Of a DNA stretch of 64,000 bases, positions 54,233-61,983 are shown one piece after another (positions within the stretch are counted from its first letter, which is position 1; every line of letters begins with the position of its first letter). The position numbers were made by a program, and so were the translations under genes. Origin of the DNA: a virus (lineage: Duplodnaviria > Caudoviricetes); IMG/VR virus record IMGVR_UViG_3300027782_000065, positions 17,664 to 81,663 of that record. One strand, given 5' to 3'. The notes under the pieces are model-generated. The model saw only the letters and a program-made list of their open reading frames with translations, was not told the origin of the DNA and did no database searches.

Positions 54233-54952
54233 TTATCGAGAAGCATCAAATGCACATTGAGAGCGTTGTCCATCAGCAAGAACATAATGAAAAAAGACTT
54301 GGTGATAATAAAGTCCTTCTTTTTCTACTCTTTTTCCATACCAAGTTCTCTTATATTCAGTTGGCATAAAATCTCTCCAATGAGGTCTTTCGCACCCCTT
54401 ATAAATCATTCCATCACCAACAGATAAAATTACAGAACGATTTTCACCTTTTTTTGAGATAATTGTTTTATTTTTATCTGTATATGTATCTGGAGTTTTA
54501 ATCCATATAGGCCAAGGTTCTTTGAGATTTGTACTGATATGAACTGTCACCGAAATTTCACAAGCATCACGATCTGCGTGACGTGTTAATTCTTGTCCTG
54601 GAAAATAAAAACGATCATAATAATAAGTATTATAAAGTTTTCTTCCAAGAATTTTTTCTAATTTTAAACGAACACCCGAATGAATTGAACGATATTGTGG
54701 ATGCCAGTAACAAGCAAGAGACCCTTCCACTTGCTGTTCTAATTCATAATGAGTAAATTGATCTAATTTTTTACCCCAATAATTAATTTGTCCTCTTTCA
54801 TCTGAAACAGGACGATAAAGTTCTTGGGAATCCCATAAGTTTTTTACAACTAAGTATCCATCTTTATCAAATTGTTCGTTACGAGTCCAAGTAGTTCCAG
54901 TGTTAAGTCTCTCTTGGTAGAAGAGTTGCTCTTCTGTCATTTGTTCTGCCAT
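54233..54952 (-). CDS. 2OG-Fe(II) oxygenase-like protein (start MAEQM at 54952)
   Basis: RFY..GQEL..HADR..CEIS.T....GDG.IYKGC..PHWR..QVFFHYV. Confidence 0.75.
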   Translation of the reverse strand: MAEQMTEEQLFYQERLNTGTTWTRNEQFDKDGYLVVKNLWDSQELYRPVSDERGQINYWGKKLDQFTHYELEQQVEGSLACYWHPQYRSIHSGVRLKLEKILGRKLYNTYYYDRFYFPGQELTRHADRDACEISVTVHISTNLKEPWPIWIKTPDTYTDKNKTIISKKGENRSVILSVGDGMIYKGCERPHWRDFMPTEYKRTWYGKRVEKEGLYYHQVFFHYVLADGQRSQCAFDASR

Positions 54953-54953
54953 A

Positions 54954-55574
54954 CTATTTCCACCTCGGACCAACAACCCATCCAACAAGACTCTTACGAG
55001 TTCCCTTTGTAACTTTAAGAACCCGATGTTGAGTTCGAGAATCAAAAATAATTACAGTCCCTCTTTTTCTTGGTGCAAAATAAGACTTTCCATCTTCTGC
55101 AAGAAGTTGAAGATTTCCACCCTCATAATCATCAGGGTCTGAAAGTTGAACTACAAAGGAAAGTTTTCTGACAAGTTCTAAATTCTCATTTAAGTAATCC
55201 TGTGCTCTTCCTTCGTGATGATTTCCAACAGAAACTGGTTTATAATGACCCGCAATACCAGCATCATTATGCCACCCATAAAATTCACCCTCATCATATT
55301 GAGTGAATTGCATAGATTCACCGTCAATATTTCTTATATCGTAAAGAAAATTTTCACGATTTGCTCTTTCTACATAATGCCAAACAAATCCCGCAGTCCA
55401 ATGACTTGTTGGAATCCAGGCATTTTTTGAGTTTCTTTTATCCCGATTAAGGGCATCTCCCATAAGTTTGGAGTCCCCCATTTGCGATTGAAACTTATCC
55501 GTTAAATCTTCTTCTATTGTTCTTACAATTTTTTCTGGAATATCACTGAAATGCCAGATTGACTGGAATGCCAA
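54954..55574 (-). CDS. 2OG-Fe(II) oxygenase (PKHD/prolyl-hydroxylase-like), TTG start
   Basis: QFTQY..FYGWHND..RKLS....LS...YEGG.L..GT.IIFDS...HRV..VTKG.RKSLVGW; AGGAG SD. Confidence 0.85.
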   Translation of the reverse strand: MAFQSIWHFSDIPEKIVRTIEEDLTDKFQSQMGDSKLMGDALNRDKRNSKNAWIPTSHWTAGFVWHYVERANRENFLYDIRNIDGESMQFTQYDEGEFYGWHNDAGIAGHYKPVSVGNHHEGRAQDYLNENLELVRKLSFVVQLSDPDDYEGGNLQLLAEDGKSYFAPRKRGTVIIFDSRTQHRVLKVTKGTRKSLVGWVVGPRWK

Positions 55575-55605
55575 ATCTCAATCTCCTTATAATTTATTCA
55601 TCACC

Positions 55606-55634
55606 ACTATATATCAATTCTATAAAAATGTCAA
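55606..55634 (-). promoter_or_regulatory. sigma70-type early promoter for the 2OG oxygenase pair
   Basis: TTGACA (55634-55629), 17 nt, TATAGT (55611-55606). Confidence 0.75.
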
Positions 55635-56023
55635 GTTATTGTGTTTAACACCCATTCTTTTGCTTCTTCATTCCACTCATAATAACTTCCAGATTCTTTT
55701 TGTTCTTCTGTAAGTTCTGGTTTTGATACTGGTGCGTCCCAATCATAATTTTCAGTATTCAAGATCCAAGAAGGATATGGTTGCTGATGTAAAAATACAT
55801 CATGCTCTACATTATAAACCATTCCTATTCCAGCATAACGACATCTAAAACTATTGTTGTATGATGTTTGAAGCCACATCGTCTTCTCGCCATGTATGGA
55901 TTTGAGGTATTGTATTCCTACATCTTCACTCTCATTTCCATCACCATCAAAAATATCTTCGTTTCTTACGACAGATACTCTTATAACTTTATTTTCATAA
56001 TCAATTTGTGCAAAATGTGCCAT
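55631..56023 (-). CDS. conserved phage protein (MAHFA family)
   Basis: Paralog of 51013..51414, sharing QTSYNNSFRCRYAGIGM exactly. Confidence 0.75.
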   Translation of the reverse strand: MAHFAQIDYENKVIRVSVVRNEDIFDGDGNESEDVGIQYLKSIHGEKTMWLQTSYNNSFRCRYAGIGMVYNVEHDVFLHQQPYPSWILNTENYDWDAPVSKPELTEEQKESGSYYEWNEEAKEWVLNTIT

Positions 56024-56038
56024 ATAAACTTAACCTCC

Positions 56039-57922
56039 TTATTCTGGGTATTGAATAATTACAATGCCTGAACCACCAGTTCCAGCAGTAAGTCCTCCAG
56101 CGGATGGTCCTCCAGCACCCCCACCACCACCAGTGTTTGCTGTAGCTGGTCTGGGAGTTGAAGGAGCTCCAGCGCCTCCACCACCTGATGCAGGTGCTGC
56201 TCCACCTGGATAACCTCCTCCTCCACCAGCAAAATATCTTCTTCCTACTACTGGTCCAGATGTTCCATATGCAGGTGGGGATATAACCGAATACCATCCA
56301 TCCCCACCTGGTGTTGGCATTGACCCACCATAACTTCCTGCTCCCCCACCAGCACCTCCACTTGCAACTGCTGGGAATACAGTTGAACCACCAGTATTAC
56401 CCTGAGTCGCAGGGGAGGGAGTCGCAGTACCACCTGAAGCAGATGGAGTAATGGCAGTTTTAGCTCCCCCACCACCCGATCCGCCCGCACCTCCAGTAGT
56501 TACAGTTGGAGCGCCATTAGCTCCTCCTCCTCCACCATATGCTATAATTTGAGTAGGACCTGGGGCACCAATAGTGGTTGGAGTACCTGTAGTACCAGTT
56601 CCTCCTGCCGTTCCACCACCTGCCCCTCCAGGTCCTATAGAAACTGGATAAGATGTAGCAGACACAGGCATTCTTTCTCCCGTTTGAATAGAATATCCAG
56701 GATTCCAAGGATATGCTTCTGGAATAGTAGTTGGAGTAGTATTTGAAGAGTGAATAGAAGTTACAAATCCTCCGGCACCACCACCTCCTCCTGCAGATGG
56801 TGCTGGTGCTCCTCCTCCCCCACCACCACCACCAACAGCCAAATAATCAATCCATTGAAGAGATGGATCAGTAACTGTGAAAGTTCCTGGTGTTGTAAAG
56901 ATATGTCTCCATACTCCTGGATGATTTGGATCAGTATTAGGTTCTATAGTACCTCCTGTGGCTCTTGAGTATGCTGAAGGTTTCAGGTATCTTATGCAAA
57001 CAATTCCCGATCCGCCAGCGGCGCCAGAAGTACTTCCATCAGCTCCATATCCCGTATTTGCTACGGCAGTCCTTTGTTGTGGTGCTGGAACTGGACCTCC
57101 ATATCCACCAGAAGCAAAACCACTAAGATCGATCAAGGGATACCAAGTAGGGTAATTTGCAGTAGGTATTGCCGGTCCAAGAGCACTTGTTGGAAAATTT
57201 GGTTCAATTCTTCCTGGACCTCTAGTCCCACCGATGTTCGGTGCAGAACCTCCGTTTCCTATACCCCCTGCACCACCACCACCTCCGCTACCTCCGGTGG
57301 CAGGACCACCGGAACCTCCGGAATATCCTTGTCTAGGAATTGTTGGTGGAGTATCACCAGGTCCTACTCCGATTGGAGTTACAATTCCACCTTGACCACC
57401 TCCACCTGAACCTCCCGAACCTGCAGCACCCCCAACTGCTGGAGAACCGGAGTAGCTGGATCCACCTCCACCGCCTGCAGCAGTCAATCCAAATGCAGTT
57501 GAGGGACTTCCGTTTCTAGGAGTTCCTGGAGCTCCAGGACTGGATGGTCCACCACCACCAACGGTGATTGGATAAGAACCAGGAGTATTTGATACTGTTG
57601 CCTGTCCAAATAAAAATCCTCCACCACCTCCTCCTCCGCCGCTCAGGAGTTGGGGGCCCGCACCACCACCCCCAGCAACAATCAAATATTCAACACTATC
57701 AATTATAGTAGGTGGACTTGTAACTGTAAAAGTTCCGTCACTAATAAAAATGTGATAGACGTATCCATCACCCGCATCAAAGACAGTTCCACCAGTACCA
57801 TAAGGATTTAATCCAGGAGCATTTTCTGAAGTGTAAAAATCACGATTTTTTCCACTTGCTCTATATTTTGTTGTTACTGGACCTGGACTCCAATTACCAG
57901 ATTTCGAACTTTTACCTGCCAC
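56039..57922 (-). CDS. tandem double glycine-rich domain virion protein
   Basis: Two copies of H.F...GTFTV..(E/D)YL.V.GGG...(NT/GY)G.G..GGSGIV.I.Y; Pro-rich. Confidence 0.7.
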   Translation of the reverse strand: MAGKSSKSGNWSPGPVTTKYRASGKNRDFYTSENAPGLNPYGTGGTVFDAGDGYVYHIFISDGTFTVTSPPTIIDSVEYLIVAGGGGAGPQLLSGGGGGGGGFLFGQATVSNTPGSYPITVGGGGPSSPGAPGTPRNGSPSTAFGLTAAGGGGGSSYSGSPAVGGAAGSGGSGGGGQGGIVTPIGVGPGDTPPTIPRQGYSGGSGGPATGGSGGGGGAGGIGNGGSAPNIGGTRGPGRIEPNFPTSALGPAIPTANYPTWYPLIDLSGFASGGYGGPVPAPQQRTAVANTGYGADGSTSGAAGGSGIVCIRYLKPSAYSRATGGTIEPNTDPNHPGVWRHIFTTPGTFTVTDPSLQWIDYLAVGGGGGGGGAPAPSAGGGGGAGGFVTSIHSSNTTPTTIPEAYPWNPGYSIQTGERMPVSATSYPVSIGPGGAGGGTAGGTGTTGTPTTIGAPGPTQIIAYGGGGGANGAPTVTTGGAGGSGGGGAKTAITPSASGGTATPSPATQGNTGGSTVFPAVASGGAGGGAGSYGGSMPTPGGDGWYSVISPPAYGTSGPVVGRRYFAGGGGGYPGGAAPASGGGGAGAPSTPRPATANTGGGGGAGGPSAGGLTAGTGGSGIVIIQYPE

Positions 57923-57925
57923 TTA

Positions 57926-58285
57926 TCAAGCCTCCCTATCTCCAAGAATTAAAACATTAATTGCAGTTGTAGCACTTGTATTAGCAATCTGAATAGTGTC
58001 ATTATTAGTTGATAATGTAATAGGATATGCAAGTTCAAAGAAATAAGTATCTACTGGTTGAATTGAAAGTTGTGCAAGTTGATTAATCGAACTTGCTGTT
58101 CCCGCACTTACACCAAAAGCTGGAACAACATGAATTTTTACAGTACTTGTAACTGTAGAATCAATATTATGAATGACTACTGAACGAATATAAGCAGTCT
58201 TTGCTGAACCTACAGTATAAACTGTGGATGTAGTTGATGTTCCAACTCTTGTAACTGTTGTTAGTCCTACCTTTGCAAGTGCCAT
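57926..58285 (-). CDS. small beta-rich virion protein (putative adaptor)
   Basis: VYTV.S.K.AYIRSVVIHN..ITL.TNND.IQI..INVLILGDRE; resembles 6384..6743. Confidence 0.6.
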   Translation of the reverse strand: MALAKVGLTTVTRVGTSTTSTVYTVGSAKTAYIRSVVIHNIDSTVTSTVKIHVVPAFGVSAGTASSINQLAQLSIQPVDTYFFELAYPITLSTNNDTIQIANTSATTAINVLILGDREA

Positions 58286-58309
58286 TATATTATTTTACTT
58301 ATTGAATAT

Positions 58310-58597
58310 TTATGCGAATAACATCACTTCTAGTATATCAATACTAGAACCACCCCCAGAAGCAGTGGAATTGATAGTTACTTGTCCAGTACTTGCAGAA
58401 ACACTAATATTACTACCAGCAACAATAGAAGTTACAATACCAGTTAAATTAGTACCAGAACCACTAAATGAAGTAGCAGTTACAATTCCAACAACATTTG
58501 CACCAGAAGAACTTAAGGTTACGGCAGAACCTACAACAACACTCGTATCAATCGTTGCTGTTCCGTAAATTCTTGTACCAGATTTAAGTTTTGCCAT
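58310..58597 (-). CDS. short fibre-like protein with hydrophobic C-terminal tail
   Basis: VGIVTATSFSGSGTNLTGIVTSIVAG (similar segment in 6745..11415); ends ILEVMLFA. Confidence 0.6.
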   Translation of the reverse strand: MAKLKSGTRIYGTATIDTSVVVGSAVTLSSSGANVVGIVTATSFSGSGTNLTGIVTSIVAGSNISVSASTGQVTINSTASGGGSSIDILEVMLFA

Positions 58598-58600
58598 TTC

Positions 58601-61600
58601 TTATGCTTGTGCCTCCGTCCAGGATAAACGACCAAACACATTACAACTTGTTGTTGTAAGGTTAGTAACCACAATCGTTAATGTATCTGGTCCATCAGGA
58701 TAAATTTGAGTATTAGCAGTAGTTCCCCCACCACCAAGAATTGAATTACCAAGGTCTCTAACTTGAGAAAGGTCAATTGAGTTTGCACCAGAACCCACGA
58801 AGAAACCAGCAGTAACCTCACCACCACTTACAGTTGTAGTAGTAATACCAGCAAAATCTGCAATTTGTGCAAGAGAAGAATTGACACGACCAGTAACATT
58901 ACCGACAGCATTTGTCCAAGTTGTTGCAGTAGATGGAGTTCCATTCAAAACTGCCTGAACAAGTAAGTTTGCATTTACAGTACCTGAAAGTGGAACTGCG
59001 GCAACATCAAGTGCTCGGAGTGTCAATTGCATTCTATTAACAAGTTCTCTTGCTCCAAATGCTGCAGAAATACCATTATCAACAGAAGGTGCTACACGAA
59101 TCGAAAATAGTGCTCTGGTTGAACTTGATCCAATAGCAAGTGCATTAGACTGACCATAAACAAAGACCAAAGATTTATCATCATCAAATCGTCCGTCCAT
59201 AATGACACTCGTACCCCAGTGTGAAATAGAAGGACCATAAGTTGGGAATGCAAACTCAACAGCAACAGGGTCAGTTGCAGAATAAGTAAATGCTACTCCA
59301 ACTGGTGAACCCATTGGAACTGCTGCCACTGTTGGGTTTGCTGCGGTTGCTGCATTACTTAATGTGATAGTTCCTGCACCAATAGCACTAATATAAGTAC
59401 CCTCGGGGAAACCTGTGTTTCCAGCACCTATAATTCTTTGTCCAACTTGTAGGTTCGTTGTAGTTGCAGTCGCCACATTTGAACCTGCTGGAATATTGGT
59501 AAGAGCAAGAGAAGCATTACCAGATTGTCCTCTAATCAATCCAGTAAATGCGGTCGTACCAATACCAGCATAATTCGCATACTCATAAGTTTCTGCATTT
59601 CTAATCAGTAATGTTCCAGAAGGTGCAAATCCTGCGGTACTTGCTACACCAACAGTAGTGTCAGATGCTCCCAAACTAGTGGTAATATAAGTTGTTGGTG
59701 GTCTGCTTTCAGATTCATATCGTGCGGGTAAGTTTCCAGAACGCATATATGCTTCGGTATTCACATTATTGTTTATAACCTTATGACAATAAAATACATT
59801 ACCATCTGGACCTCTAAATCCCCAACGAATAAATCCAGCACCATACCAAGAATAGTCCATATAGAACATCTGCATCTTGGTGAGGTCAATGTTGTAACCA
59901 GAAGGTCCAGTACCATCACACTTATCAATATTCCAAGTTGATTGTGGATATTTTGTATCAACTGTTTCTGACATAATGACATAATCAGCAGTTGCTCCTC
60001 TATAAGAAGGAGAGATCGTCATACTTGTATCACTTGCAATATCAACAACACGATATGATTGCCCACGAAGAACAATAAAGTCTCCAATATTCAGTTGTTT
60101 TGCAAATGCCGTTGGGAATGATGCATTTGTTTGTGTTATTGTATTACTATTATTGGTTACCGTTACTTTACCTGCGAGTTGGAAAGTAGAGCTTCTACGA
60201 ACCGCAGAAAGTGTTTGACCATCAAACTCAAAGAAAATGCCGTTTTGAGAATCAAATATTCCAAGACGATTTGAACATCCATACCAACTCGCAACATTAC
60301 AACTATAATTACCAGATGCTGTTGTAGTTGTAAGTCCTGCTGTTGCAGTCACTTGAAAAGTATTATATCCAGTTACAGAAGTTACACTATAAGTTTGATT
60401 ATATCCAGTTTCATTTGCTCCAATAATTGCAATTTGAGTTCCTGGGGTTGCTGCTTGAATATTGTGTTGTTCTTTTGTTTGTACATTAATCGTACTTCCA
60501 ATACTGATTCCAGTAGCAGTTAGTGAATCAATTTGTAGATTTGGTTTGATAATTGTACCAGAACTGACTTGAAGACCTTTACCAGATTGATAACGGAAAT
60601 ATCTTCTTGTCTGACGAGTTGCCGTCTCAAAGTTACCATTTGCATTACTTGTAAAGAATACTCCACCATCAAATGGTCTATGTAAAAATTGTCCTTGTGG
60701 TCTTACATAAACTAAACCACCACTTGGAGCTCCTCCTGGTGCAGTATTTGTATAATAAGTAAAGGTTCTTGAACTTGTAATACCAGCAACAATGTGGGAA
60801 CCATTTGCATTTGTTTGATTAGTTCCAACAATTGAAACTTCATTACCAATTGCAAGTCCGTGTGGAACTGTTGTGGTTACAGTGACCGCAGTTCCAACAG
60901 AGGTAAATGTAGGAACTCCCCCAATTGCAGCACCAGAATAAACTGTTCCACTGAAAATACCAGTCTTATTTGGATCAAAAATACTAGTGACTAATCCAGT
61001 ATTTGTTGCTCTTGCACTATAAGTAAAACTTGTACCACTAGCACCAACACTTTCTATAATAAAGTTTCCATTTGCAATATTTAAATAAGTATCTTGGACA
61101 GTAATTGCGGTTCCAATTCCAGGAACTAATGTAGTTCCAGCACCAACTACTCCAACTGTTACTGTTCGGGAATTGGTTGGTAGTGTGATCGTAGCAATTC
61201 CAGTTATACCAACAGAAGAAGCAAAGGCAAAAGGACGATTATTAATCATTGCAATATTCTCCCACTTGGAGATTTGAGTACCATACTCAAAGTCAGTATC
61301 AATCAGTGCTTGTGGTGATGATGTACGGAACTTGTTTACTGGGTCAACATATACTTCAGAAGGTGTAAATTTCTCATCATACTCATCTACGGTGATTTGA
61401 AGTTTATCAGTACTACTCATTCCAGAAGTATTATAATTCAATACGACTGTGGTTGTATTTGTACCACCAGTAGTTGATACAGTATAAGTATTTGCTTTTA
61501 GGTTTGAATCAGAAAAATTATAGATTACAGTGTTCGTTGTTACATTCGTAATCAGTATCAATCTTTCTCTCGGTACTACACGAGGAATGACAATAGTATT

Positions 61601-61651
61601 TGTGGAAGGTGTGAATGTATATCCAGTTTCCAGTATTGCCTTTCTTGCCAT
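58601..61651 (-). CDS. large cyanophage virion structural protein
   Basis: YTFTP..ERLILITNVT..IYNF..KFRTSSPQALIDTDFEYG.Q.SKWE; T/S/G-rich beta content. Confidence 0.7.
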   Translation of the reverse strand: MARKAILETGYTFTPSTNTIVIPRVVPRERLILITNVTTNTVIYNFSDSNLKANTYTVSTTGGTNTTTVVLNYNTSGMSSTDKLQITVDEYDEKFTPSEVYVDPVNKFRTSSPQALIDTDFEYGTQISKWENIAMINNRPFAFASSVGITGIATITLPTNSRTVTVGVVGAGTTLVPGIGTAITVQDTYLNIANGNFIIESVGASGTSFTYSARATNTGLVTSIFDPNKTGIFSGTVYSGAAIGGVPTFTSVGTAVTVTTTVPHGLAIGNEVSIVGTNQTNANGSHIVAGITSSRTFTYYTNTAPGGAPSGGLVYVRPQGQFLHRPFDGGVFFTSNANGNFETATRQTRRYFRYQSGKGLQVSSGTIIKPNLQIDSLTATGISIGSTINVQTKEQHNIQAATPGTQIAIIGANETGYNQTYSVTSVTGYNTFQVTATAGLTTTTASGNYSCNVASWYGCSNRLGIFDSQNGIFFEFDGQTLSAVRRSSTFQLAGKVTVTNNSNTITQTNASFPTAFAKQLNIGDFIVLRGQSYRVVDIASDTSMTISPSYRGATADYVIMSETVDTKYPQSTWNIDKCDGTGPSGYNIDLTKMQMFYMDYSWYGAGFIRWGFRGPDGNVFYCHKVINNNVNTEAYMRSGNLPARYESESRPPTTYITTSLGASDTTVGVASTAGFAPSGTLLIRNAETYEYANYAGIGTTAFTGLIRGQSGNASLALTNIPAGSNVATATTTNLQVGQRIIGAGNTGFPEGTYISAIGAGTITLSNAATAANPTVAAVPMGSPVGVAFTYSATDPVAVEFAFPTYGPSISHWGTSVIMDGRFDDDKSLVFVYGQSNALAIGSSSTRALFSIRVAPSVDNGISAAFGARELVNRMQLTLRALDVAAVPLSGTVNANLLVQAVLNGTPSTATTWTNAVGNVTGRVNSSLAQIADFAGITTTTVSGGEVTAGFFVGSGANSIDLSQVRDLGNSILGGGGTTANTQIYPDGPDTLTIVVTNLTTTSCNVFGRLSWTEAQA

Positions 61652-61682
61652 AATTAATGAATACCTTTGTTATATTTATGTG

Positions 61683-61979
61683 TTAGTAAATAGTCGTAAT
61701 TTCATCAATCTCATTATAAACAATCACCGACTTATCAGTATTTTGTCTCATATATCTTCCTTGTCCTGCACCAAATAAAGTTCCTCCAAATTCATCATAA
61801 ACAATATCATAAGGAGGAAAGACATTTGCATCAAGTGTAGTAGTAATACCTACATTCTCAGAAAACTCTGATGCATAATAAGTTCCAATTCCAGTAATAC
61901 TTGGACCATTCGCAGTAGTCTCATCAAACTCAGTTGCGAGCATTGATGCATATTGGTCTAATCTTCCTACAACACCCAT
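61683..61979 (-). CDS. small conserved phage protein
   Basis: RL....ML.TEFDE...VYNEIDE pattern; ATAAATA at 61673-61679 precedes the next gene. Confidence 0.55.
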   Translation of the reverse strand: MGVVGRLDQYASMLATEFDETTANGPSITGIGTYYASEFSENVGITTTLDANVFPPYDIVYDEFGGTLFGAGQGRYMRQNTDKSVIVYNEIDEITTIY

Positions 61980-61983
61980 AATA

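Noticed and set aside
52439-57409. Alternative-frame ORFs within the Gly-rich genes (VVVEEQEVQV..., WWRRRS...)
   Set aside because: By-products of GGN codon runs; they overlap well-supported genes
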